From contig CAZCNT010000001.1 of NCBI GenBank assembly GCA_964500695.1, positions 1-59,515 on the forward strand: 59,515 nt of DNA, written 5' to 3'. Below are positions 9,138-16,991 of the stretch, piece after piece. The notes under the pieces were generated by a model. It was not told the origin of the DNA, did not search any database, and worked only from the letters and a program-made list of their open reading frames with translations. Position 1 is the stretch's first letter, and each line of letters opens with the position of its first letter. Made by a program: the position numbers and the translations under genes. Origin of the DNA: an uncultured Gammaproteobacteria bacterium. GTDB lineage: Bacteria; Patescibacteriota; Microgenomatia; UBA8517.

Positions 9138-10244
9138 ATGGTTAAAGTAGGAATTAATGGGTTTGGACGAATCGGCCGGATTGCTTTTAGAATAGGACTT
9201 CTAAAACATTCCGACGAACTTCAATTTGGCGCCATAAACACCTCCGGGAGCATGAATACAGCTGGTTGGGCACATCTGACGAATTATGACACGATGTATA
9301 GAAGATTTGAGTATCAAGTGATGAGTGATGAGTCAAAAAAACCGGAGGAAGCGACAGATGAGGATCCGCAGATAGGAAACTTGATGGTTCCAGAGAGAAA
9401 TATTAAAGTTCCGATTTTGGCACAAAGAGATCCGGCAAAGATCCCTTGGGGAAAATACGGAGTTGATGTGGTAATCGAATCGACAGGTGTTTTTACAGAT
9501 GAAGAAGGAGCCAAGAAACATGCAGTTGGGGGAGCGAAGCGCGTTGTAATTTCGGCACCTGCCAAGGGGGGCAATGTAGAAACGCATATTATTGGAGTAA
9601 ATGAGATTAAAGGAAGTCCTGAGGTGATTTCAAATTCCTCCTGTACGACAAATTCAGTTGCTCCGGTTGCCGCGATAATGTTGGCAAAATTTGGCATTGA
9701 AAAAGCCATGATGACAACTATTCATGGTTATACAGATGACCAAAATTTACAGGATGGAAGCCATAAAGATTTGCGACGTGCAAGAGCAGCCGCTATGAAT
9801 ATTGTTCCAACTTCAACAGGCGCCGCAATTTCGACAACGGAAACAATACCTGAACTTAAAGGAATCTTTGACGGCACGGCTTTAAGGGTTCCTGTTGCCA
9901 CAGGTTCTATAACTGATTTTACTTTTATTGTAAAGAAAGAAGTAACAAAAGAAGACGTAAATAACACCTTTAAAGAAGCAGTAAAAAACCCCATATACAA
10001 GGGAGTACTCGCTATTAATGAGCAAGATATTGTATCTAGTGATATCATAGGAAGAAGTGAGTCTGCAATTGTTGATCTACCTTTAACGCAAGTTGTTGCG
10101 GGAAATATGGTTAAAGTTTTTGCTTGGTATGATAACGAATGGGGGTATGCTAATCGTTTGGTCGAGCAAGTTATCCGAGTGGGCAGGACGTTGGAAAACA
10201 ATAGTGCACCTACTGATCCAATATCATTGTCATTCAAATCCTAA
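9138..10244 (+). CDS. gap: glyceraldehyde-3-phosphate dehydrogenase
   Basis: Contains INGFGRIGR, SCTTNS and WYDNEWGY. Carries an acidic insert near residues 58-80. Confidence 0.92.
   Translation: MVKVGINGFGRIGRIAFRIGLLKHSDELQFGAINTSGSMNTAGWAHLTNYDTMYRRFEYQVMSDESKKPEEATDEDPQIGNLMVPERNIKVPILAQRDPAKIPWGKYGVDVVIESTGVFTDEEGAKKHAVGGAKRVVISAPAKGGNVETHIIGVNEIKGSPEVISNSSCTTNSVAPVAAIMLAKFGIEKAMMTTIHGYTDDQNLQDGSHKDLRRARAAAMNIVPTSTGAAISTTETIPELKGIFDGTALRVPVATGSITDFTFIVKKEVTKEDVNNTFKEAVKNPIYKGVLAINEQDIVSSDIIGRSESAIVDLPLTQVVAGNMVKVFAWYDNEWGYANRLVEQVIRVGRTLENNSAPTDPISLSFKS
9311..9334. repeat. heptamer array GTATCAA GTGATGA GTGATGA GTC translated inside gap
   Basis: Tandem 7-nt period seen directly. It is the reverse complement of the TCAC word family. 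Followed by an A7 run. Confidence 0.6.
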
Positions 10245-10250
10245 ATTCAA

Positions 10251-10331
10251 AACACTAAATTCTAATTAAATTCGAATTTCAAAATTACAATTATAAATTT
10301 TTTTAGAGTTTAGAAATTAGAGTTTAGAGTT
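10251..10331. repeat. cargo-less inverted heptamer arrays (AACACTA AATTCTA ATTAAAT ... TAGAGTT TAGAAAT TAGAGTT TAGAGTT)
   Basis: Lies directly after the gap stop. Homologous in layout and words to 43993..44080. Confidence 0.75.
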
Positions 10332-10340
10332 TTAAATAAT

Positions 10341-10985
10341 ATGGACGAAAAAACAAAATACGCAGGGAAACATATTATAAAAAATATAGCTTTTTTTGGA
10401 GATGCTGATATTTCGGAAACAGATGAGACTTATAAAGCGGCATTTGATGTTGCTGAGGTGTTGGCGTTAGAAGGTTACGTAGTAGTTGACGGCGGGGGAC
10501 CGGGAGTAATGGAAGCAGCTACAAGCGGTGCTGAAAAAGGCGGAGGAAAAACAATAAGTGTGACTTTTGATCCGGTGAATGCTCCCGGATTTGAGGGGAA
10601 ATATGTAGGAAACGTAACAGATGAGGAAATAGTGACTACTAATTATCTCGAGCGAATGTTTAAGCTGATGGAGCATGGCGACATGTTTATTATTTTTAAA
10701 GGCGGAAGCGGCACGATTTCCGAATTTGGCGCAGCCTGGGTACTGGCCAAACTTTATTACGGACACCATAAGCCATTTATTTTATTTGGGGATTTTTGGG
10801 TGGAGATAATTGACGCATTCAGGAAAAATATGAATATAGATTCTAATGAATACAGTGTTTTTGAGATATGCAGAAGTAAAAATGACGTTTTGGCAACCAT
10901 TCATAAATTCGAGGGCAGAATAAATGCCCGAAATCACGAAGATGATAGTAAAAACGATGAGTATGACAAAGCATTTACTAAATAA
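10341..10985 (+). CDS. LOG/TIGR00730-family Rossmann-fold protein
   Basis: Contains GGGPGVMEA and KGGSGTISEF. Confidence 0.8.
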   Translation: MDEKTKYAGKHIIKNIAFFGDADISETDETYKAAFDVAEVLALEGYVVVDGGGPGVMEAATSGAEKGGGKTISVTFDPVNAPGFEGKYVGNVTDEEIVTTNYLERMFKLMEHGDMFIIFKGGSGTISEFGAAWVLAKLYYGHHKPFILFGDFWVEIIDAFRKNMNIDSNEYSVFEICRSKNDVLATIHKFEGRINARNHEDDSKNDEYDKAFTK

Positions 10986-11010
10986 GCAAATCTGCAAATA
11001 ATCAAATGGG
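10984..11010. repeat. octamer word array (AAGCAAAT CTGCAAAT AATCAAAT)
   Basis: 8-nt period seen directly. Same words as at 11788..11818 and 18999..19035. Confidence 0.6.
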
Positions 11011-11790
11011 ATGAAGAGAACAACAGAAGAACTAAAAAAAATTGCGCTTCAGGTTAGAAAAGATATTATTGAAATGATTTATAAGGCCGGAAGCGGGCAT
11101 CCCGGAGGTTCTCTTTCGTCGGTAGAGATTTTGGTTTCTTTCTACTTTGGAGCAGTGGAGACCGGGGATCACTTTTTTCTTTCCAACGGACATGTTTGTC
11201 CTGCGCTTTATGCAGTTATGGCTGAAAAAGGGATGATTTCCAAAGATTCTCTTGCCTCTTATGCAAGTCTTGGTTCTCCTTTACAGGGACATCCGGAACG
11301 TACAAAATTAAAAGGAATTGAGAACACTTCCGGGCCTTTGGGCTTAGGACTGGCGCAGGCTGCGGGATATGCAGCTATAGTAAAAGATTCATACGTTTAT
11401 TGCATGACGAGCGATGGAGAACATGATGAAGGCAATCATTGGGAAGCGGTTAACTTTGCAGCCAAGTATAAACTAAGCAATTTAATTCAGATTATCGACC
11501 GCAACAGAATCCAGATAGAAGGAACAACGGATGAAATTATGCCTTTAGGGAATTTGAAAGAAAAATACGAAGCCAGCGATTGGAACGTGTTGGAAATTGA
11601 CGGACACGATTTTGGTGAAATTGAAGCCGCAGTCGAAGAAGCAAGGGCAAATAAAGAAACTCCAACCGTGATTATTGCCAATACAACTTTTGGAAAAGGA
11701 GTAAGTTTCATGGAGAGTAATCCCGATTGGCACGCCCGGGCACCCAATTCTCAAGAATTTGATCAAGCCATGAAAGAATTGGTTGAATAA
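11011..11790 (+). CDS. tkt: transketolase, N-terminal subunit
   Basis: 259 aa with SGHPGGSLS and the TPP-binding region. Confidence 0.9.
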   Translation: MKRTTEELKKIALQVRKDIIEMIYKAGSGHPGGSLSSVEILVSFYFGAVETGDHFFLSNGHVCPALYAVMAEKGMISKDSLASYASLGSPLQGHPERTKLKGIENTSGPLGLGLAQAAGYAAIVKDSYVYCMTSDGEHDEGNHWEAVNFAAKYKLSNLIQIIDRNRIQIEGTTDEIMPLGNLKEKYEASDWNVLEIDGHDFGEIEAAVEEARANKETPTVIIANTTFGKGVSFMESNPDWHARAPNSQEFDQAMKELVE

Positions 11791-11818
11791 GCAAATAAGC
11801 AAATATGCAAATAAATAC
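11788..11818. repeat. octamer word array (AGCAAATA AGCAAATA TGCAAATA) spanning the tktN stop and the tktC start
   Basis: 8-nt period. The ATG of the next CDS lies inside the third word. Confidence 0.6.
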
Positions 11819-12788
11819 AAAATTAAAATCGATTAGAGATGGATTTGGTGAGGCACTAGTTGAATTGGGAAATAAAAATAAAAACATAGTTGTTTTAACA
11901 GCGGATTTGGCGGAATCAACTCGCGTTAAGGCATTTGCCGATAAATTTCCTGACAGATTTTTCCAGGTTGGAGTGGCCGAGCAAGGTTTGGTAACTATTG
12001 CAGCAGGAATGGCGGAAGCCGGGAAAATTCCTTTTACAACTTCATATGCGGTTTTTTCGCCGGGGCGAACCTGGGAACAGATAAAAGTTACTGCGGCGCT
12101 AAATAACGTTCCTGTGAAGATTGTAGGAGCCCACGCCGGGTTTGGCGCTTCTATGTACGGCGCAACTCATGAATCTTTGGAGGACATTGCACTCATGCGT
12201 GTAATTCCAAATATGATTGTAGTCTCACCATGTGATTATGAAGAGGCCAAAAAAGCCACTCTTGCCGTCGCAAACAATGGAAAACCAACTTATCTCAGAC
12301 TTGCAAGACAAGAGTCACCTGCAATTTCCACCCCACTTCGCCAAGGCTTCGCGGGGCAAGAATTTGAGATAGGAAAGGCAAATGTATTAATCGAAAATAA
12401 AAACCCGCGGGTACTAATTGTAGGATGTGGGTCGATTCTTTCTGAGGCAATTAACGCTTCCGGAGAACTTGAAAAAAGCGGCATCGGGTCGGTTGTTCTA
12501 AATCTACACACAGTCAAACCGATTGACGAGCAGGCTTTGACTCGTTTTGCAAAAATAACTGGTGCGGTTGTAACGGTTGAGGAACACCAGGTCATTGGGG
12601 GATTGGGCGGTGCCGTTGCTGAAGTTCTGGCTAAAAACTTTCCCGTTCCGATGGAGTTTGTAGGAGTTAAAGATTTGTTTGGTGAATCGGCAAGAGACCC
12701 CGATGAGCTTTGGAAGAAATTTGGATTAAAAAAAGAAAATATTATTGAAGCAGTTAAAAAAGTAATTGCCAGAAAAAACGACGTCTAG
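11805..12788 (+). CDS. tkt: transketolase, C-terminal subunit
   Basis: 327 aa with GVAEQ and pyrimidine-binding plus C-terminal domains. Confidence 0.9.
   Translation: MQINTKLKSIRDGFGEALVELGNKNKNIVVLTADLAESTRVKAFADKFPDRFFQVGVAEQGLVTIAAGMAEAGKIPFTTSYAVFSPGRTWEQIKVTAALNNVPVKIVGAHAGFGASMYGATHESLEDIALMRVIPNMIVVSPCDYEEAKKATLAVANNGKPTYLRLARQESPAISTPLRQGFAGQEFEIGKANVLIENKNPRVLIVGCGSILSEAINASGELEKSGIGSVVLNLHTVKPIDEQALTRFAKITGAVVTVEEHQVIGGLGGAVAEVLAKNFPVPMEFVGVKDLFGESARDPDELWKKFGLKKENIIEAVKKVIARKNDV
12331..12356. repeat. 26-nt element CCCCACTTCGCCAAGGCTTCGCGGGG inside tktC (read as PLRQGFAG)
   Basis: Identical to 54213..54238 except for one base. The core is also at 5253..5276. Confidence 0.9.
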
Positions 12789-12795
12789 TTTAGAT

Positions 12796-13386
12796 TTACT
12801 TTTCTTCACAGGGTGAGGCTTTCATCTCATACCACGCAACAGCTCGGTTTGAGCAGGCCTGGCAGGTAGAACAGTAACTTTTGCCGTCCGAGCCGCAGAG
12901 ATAAGGAGGGGGTTCGGCACATTCCATGGTACAGACTTCCGGTCTGGGATTTGTGCAATTAATTTTACCCAAATTTTCTTCTTCGAGAGGAGGGCAAGGT
13001 GCACAAACGCCAATGTTGGGCGCCTTACACATAGCCGGTAAAAGATCAGAATAATCTTTGCCTTTTTCATAGATTGTCCAACCGTCTGTGCCGATCAAAG
13101 AGCGTGAAATTTTGGCAGGACAGGAACAACAGGCAGTAATTTGAAGCGCCAAAATTTCATCTTCGGTTGTGGGGTTTTGAACGGGGATGGGCGAAGTTTG
13201 AGCTAAATATATAGAAAGTTCTTTAGAAAGTTTTTGGGTTTGGAGAAAGAGAAAGCCGGTAATAATTACGGTAATTACCAAAAGAACCGAAAGAATTATG
13301 ATTAAAATCTTATTTGATTTAACCGGTGTTTGGTTCACCGGCTGTACAGATTCGGGGATTAGGTTTGGAGTTATTTGATTTACCAT
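12796..13386 (-). CDS. membrane-anchored Cys-rich protein with Kazal-like domain
   Basis: N-terminal TM segment then QKLSKEL. C-terminal CGSDGKSYCSTCQAC is Kazal-type. Confidence 0.7.
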   Translation of the reverse strand: MVNQITPNLIPESVQPVNQTPVKSNKILIIILSVLLVITVIITGFLFLQTQKLSKELSIYLAQTSPIPVQNPTTEDEILALQITACCSCPAKISRSLIGTDGWTIYEKGKDYSDLLPAMCKAPNIGVCAPCPPLEEENLGKINCTNPRPEVCTMECAEPPPYLCGSDGKSYCSTCQACSNRAVAWYEMKASPCEEK

Positions 13387-13398
13387 AAACTAAAGTTA

Positions 13399-13986
13399 TT
13401 AATCAGGTAAAAATCTGCATTGAGTATTAATTTTGTGCCAGCAGGAACTTTTGCCGGCTTCTGTATAAACCCAAGTTGTTGGAGTGTTTTTTTTCTTCTG
13501 GTCTTTTGTGCCGTAATACCAACCCATTAAAAGCTCTGATTTAGAAATGGGGGGGATCTGTTCGATTAGTTTTGTGCATACGCCGCCTGCGTCAGGATAA
13601 TTCCCATCAAGTTTACATGAATATCCTTCAGGACAAACTCTTCCGGTAATTCCGCCACAAAACTGCTCTTCTTCCCAGCCGGGACAGTTTGTCACGGCCC
13701 AATCTTGATATTCGGTGGTGCATTCGTAAGACAGTTCGGGTTCATTGGCGCAATTTAACGATTCTTTTTCAACACATTCCAGTTCTGTGGCGGGTGTGGC
13801 CGATGGCATGACGGTGGGTTGGATTTGGTACTTAGCTAATTCTTTGGAAAGTTTTTGGACTTGAAAATAGAAGAAAGTTGCGATCATTCCGGCAATAATT
13901 AAAAGAGTTGAAAGAATTGTGACCAGATGATTATTCGGAAGAGGGGTAACGGTGGGTGAATTTTCTGTTGGTACTTGAGGATCCAT
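13399..13986 (-). CDS. membrane-anchored Cys-rich protein (paralogous N-terminus)
   Basis: Same MDPQ...TM...QKLSKEL leader. Contains CGGITGRVCPEGYSCKLDGNYPDAGGVC. Confidence 0.65.
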   Translation of the reverse strand: MDPQVPTENSPTVTPLPNNHLVTILSTLLIIAGMIATFFYFQVQKLSKELAKYQIQPTVMPSATPATELECVEKESLNCANEPELSYECTTEYQDWAVTNCPGWEEEQFCGGITGRVCPEGYSCKLDGNYPDAGGVCTKLIEQIPPISKSELLMGWYYGTKDQKKKNTPTTWVYTEAGKSSCWHKINTQCRFLPD

Positions 13987-14008
13987 GATTAAGGTCGTAA
14001 TTTTTGAT

Positions 14009-14821
14009 CTACGGGCAAGCCATAAATGTACAGGCTATTTGACCGTTGTCGCAAGAACAAGTGTTACATTTATCCCCGGAAGGAACGCTTTCTCCATTTT
14101 TATATATTCTCCCGTTGTATTGGCAACTTATACCGCTTTCCACCGGTTTTTCATTACCAATAAATTGGAAAGTGGAGAGAATTTGATCAACAATAGTTCC
14201 TTCAGAAACGGGGTAAATAATTGAATATAAAATAGAATTTTCTTCTAACTGCATTCCCAAACTACCGTTCGGCAACTCAAACACAGACCACAACTTACCA
14301 TTTATATTTTTTGTTCCTGTAGACTCCGTATCTAGTAAGAACTTCGGTTGATTGATTGGATATTTTGTAGACGCCTTTATTGTAAAAGAGTTGCTTAAAG
14401 ATTTATCAAAAATCACTTGGACATAATTTGCAGTATCAACTTGATTAGTTTCAATATTAAGTTCATTTGGGTATCTAAAAGAAAGTTTATAGGCACTATT
14501 TACATATGTTTTCCAATTTGCTGTCGGATCGGGAGTTACTTCTGAGGTTGGAGTAGGCAAACCCTCCTCCGCTAGAGGCTTCGGACGGGCAAGGTAATTT
14601 TTGTATGCCCAGAAGCCGAGGGAACCAAGGCTTACGACGACAAGGAGAACAGCCAGAGGTACAAGGAAATTATTTTTTGGTTTGGGGGTTTGATCCATCG
14701 AGGTAATAGGTTGCTGCTCAGTTGCAGCGGCTGTTGGTAGTATTTCAGGTGCCGGTTCAGGGGTCGGAAGTTGAACCGGTTGTGGTGTATTTGAAATCGA
14801 GCCTTGGTTTTCGGGATCCAT
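14009..14821 (-). CDS. membrane-anchored protein with C-terminal VWC-like Cys knot
   Basis: Contains PTANWKTY and C-terminal CQYNGRIYKNGESVPSGDKCNTCSCDNGQIACTFMAC. Confidence 0.65.
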   Translation of the reverse strand: MDPENQGSISNTPQPVQLPTPEPAPEILPTAAATEQQPITSMDQTPKPKNNFLVPLAVLLVVVSLGSLGFWAYKNYLARPKPLAEEGLPTPTSEVTPDPTANWKTYVNSAYKLSFRYPNELNIETNQVDTANYVQVIFDKSLSNSFTIKASTKYPINQPKFLLDTESTGTKNINGKLWSVFELPNGSLGMQLEENSILYSIIYPVSEGTIVDQILSTFQFIGNEKPVESGISCQYNGRIYKNGESVPSGDKCNTCSCDNGQIACTFMACP

Positions 14822-14822
14822 T

Positions 14823-15533
14823 TTAATAAAGCACCTTTGGCATAGCTGATGGTGAACTTATGGGAGTTTTTGATGGGGCCGGAGAGGGGGAAATAAATTT
14901 GAAAGTGGAGAGAATTTGATTGTAGACACTTTTGATTTCTTCAAAATTTGGATTTGGCTCTCTTGCGGTTAAAGAAACATCAAAAATAGTGTCTTCGTAT
15001 TTAAATATCGTGTGCATTCCGCCATAGTGGGCAAGAAAGGTGGTTTGGATAGAATTTTCAATCGGACCATCGGTATAGGTAGTACAACCATTCTGATCCT
15101 TAATGGTAGCAAATTTCGTGCAAATATTAACCTTTGCCCAATCTTGAACGTTTAAAGTTGTATTTTTGGCCTGCACGCCAAGTATAAATTTCATCGCGGG
15201 GTCGTTGAGAAATCCAATATCTTTTGAAGTGGTCCAGTTTGAAGGATGTTTAAAAGAATATCGACTTTTTGTATCGGTATAGACTTTCCAGTCTGCAGTT
15301 GGATCGGCAGTTGCTGTCGGAGTAGGAGCCGGAGTGTTTTGAACTTGCTGGTAACCTGCCAGTAAACTTTTAAGTTTTTGGTTTTGGTAATACAAAAAAA
15401 CAACCGTGGTGAGAGAAAGAAGAACAAAAATAGCCATACTGGCGACCGTTATTCCGTTATAACCTTTTGGTGGCCGGGAAGTTTCGGGATTTTGAGCTTT
15501 TGCAATCGGGACATTTGATGTTTGGGGATCCAT
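14823..15533 (-). CDS. membrane-anchored protein (paralog of 14009..14821 N-terminal half)
   Basis: Start taken at MDPQT (15533), as in its neighbours. Contains PTADWKVYT. Confidence 0.6.
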   Translation of the reverse strand: MDPQTSNVPIAKAQNPETSRPPKGYNGITVASMAIFVLLSLTTVVFLYYQNQKLKSLLAGYQQVQNTPAPTPTATADPTADWKVYTDTKSRYSFKHPSNWTTSKDIGFLNDPAMKFILGVQAKNTTLNVQDWAKVNICTKFATIKDQNGCTTYTDGPIENSIQTTFLAHYGGMHTIFKYEDTIFDVSLTAREPNPNFEEIKSVYNQILSTFKFISPSPAPSKTPISSPSAMPKVLY

Positions 15534-15555
15534 ATAAGAAAATTGTAACACAATT

Positions 15556-16006
15556 TTAGATAACTAGATGATTGGAGATTAGTTAATTGGGGTAAAATAA
15601 ATAAATGAAAGACTTTAGGGAATTAGAAGTATGGAAAACAGGATTATCTCTCCTAATTGAAATATATAAAATTACGGCGAAATTTCCAAGATCAGAAATT
15701 TACGGATTGGTTAATCAGATTAGAAGATCCGCGAATTCTATTATAGCTAATATTGCCGAAAGTCAGGGAAGATTTAGTTTTGCTGATCGTGTTAGAGTTT
15801 TATATCTAGCCAGGGGTGAAATATTCGAAGTTCGTTCCCACTTGAGCGTAGCACATGAATTAAAGTATATTGATAAGGTAACTTTTGAAAAACTTGATAG
15901 CAGTTATGAGGTATTGGCGAAGCAAACGAGCTCTCTTATTAATTATTTAGAGAAAAGAAAACATGTCTGATCCAATTTCTAATCAACCAGTAATCCAGTT
16001 ATCTAA
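15556..16006. mobile_element. putative IR-bounded cassette 1 carrying a four-helix-bundle gene
   Basis: The arms 15556..15590 and 15972..16006 are reverse complements. The outer 10 nt are perfect and 24/35 match ungapped by hand. Confidence 0.6.
15605..15970 (+). CDS. four-helix-bundle protein (23S rRNA intervening-sequence protein family)
   Basis: Contains LEVWK...FPRSEIYGLVNQIRRSANSIIANIAES, the family signature. Confidence 0.85.
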   Translation: MKDFRELEVWKTGLSLLIEIYKITAKFPRSEIYGLVNQIRRSANSIIANIAESQGRFSFADRVRVLYLARGEIFEVRSHLSVAHELKYIDKVTFEKLDSSYEVLAKQTSSLINYLEKRKHV

Positions 16007-16991
16007 TATTGCCATGCAAGAAACCATACAAAAACTTTTAGCTTCCGGAAAGGGAATTTTGGCTGCCGACGCAAGGATAAAAAGCATGGGTAAGCGTTTG
16101 GAGGCAATTGGGGTAGAACCCACACCAGAAAATGCCTTGAAATTCCGAGGAATTTTATTTGCCACTCCCGGTATTGGTGAGTTCATAAGCGGAGTAATAC
16201 TTAATGACGACACGGTTCGTAATTCATTGGAAAATAAGCCTGTACCTAAATTTCTTGAAGAAAAAGGAATCACTCCAATTATCAAAGTTGACGAAGGAAT
16301 AGAACCGTTTGGAGAAGGAGAGGAGGAGATAACAAAAGGTTTGGAAACCCTCCCCCAAAAGTTAAAAGAGTACTCAGGAATGGGGTTAAAAGCTACAAAA
16401 TGGAGAGGAGTGATTAAAATCTCCGATATTTACCCGACTGAACCTTTCTTGGAGGAAAATTTCGGCAGGATGATTAAATATGCCAAATTGTGCCAGGATA
16501 ACGCTTTTGTTCCGATTGTAGAGCCTGAAATATTACTTGACGGGAATCATACCACCACTCGTTGTGAAGAAGTTGAAACAAAAGTGCTTAAAATTTTGTT
16601 TGAGAAATTAAAGTCGGGAGGAGTGGATCTAACAAAGCTTATTCTTAAAACAAGCATGGTTCTGCCCGGAAAAGATAGCGGGGTTAAAGCTGCGCCATTG
16701 GAGGTAGCCAACGTTACACTTAGGACACTGAAAGCGGCTGTTCCCTCGGAAGTTCCCGGAATAATATTTCTTTCCGGAGGTCAGACCCCCGATCAGGCGA
16801 CAGACAATCTTAACGAAATAAGTAAACTCAAAGGAGATGTTCCGTGGCAAATATCCTTTTCTTATGAAAGGGCGCTGCAGGAGGAGGCAATGACGGAGTG
16901 GGCGGGAAAGGACGAAAATATTGTAAAGGCCCAAGAAGCATTTTACGAAAGAGTCAGGAATGTTTCGGCTGCAAGGGAGGGAAGGCTCTAG
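15963..16991 (+). CDS. fba: fructose-bisphosphate aldolase, class I
   Basis: Contains GKGILAADARIKSMGKR and is 342 aa. The N-terminal roughly 15 codons are the right arm of cassette 1. Confidence 0.85.
   Translation: MSDPISNQPVIQLSNIAMQETIQKLLASGKGILAADARIKSMGKRLEAIGVEPTPENALKFRGILFATPGIGEFISGVILNDDTVRNSLENKPVPKFLEEKGITPIIKVDEGIEPFGEGEEEITKGLETLPQKLKEYSGMGLKATKWRGVIKISDIYPTEPFLEENFGRMIKYAKLCQDNAFVPIVEPEILLDGNHTTTRCEEVETKVLKILFEKLKSGGVDLTKLILKTSMVLPGKDSGVKAAPLEVANVTLRTLKAAVPSEVPGIIFLSGGQTPDQATDNLNEISKLKGDVPWQISFSYERALQEEAMTEWAGKDENIVKAQEAFYERVRNVSAAREGRL

Noticed and set aside
10251-10331. Could the short repeated words (here and at 43993-44080, 18999-19152, 56837-56880) be CRISPR arrays?
   Set aside because: The period is only 7-9 nt with no unique spacers. 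The arrays are 25-45 nt long and come as inverted pairs. No cas genes are in the window.
15605-15970. Diversity-generating retroelement, because four-helix-bundle proteins are Avd-like.
   Set aside because: There is no reverse transcriptase gene and no template/variable repeat pair with adenine-specific differences anywhere in the window.
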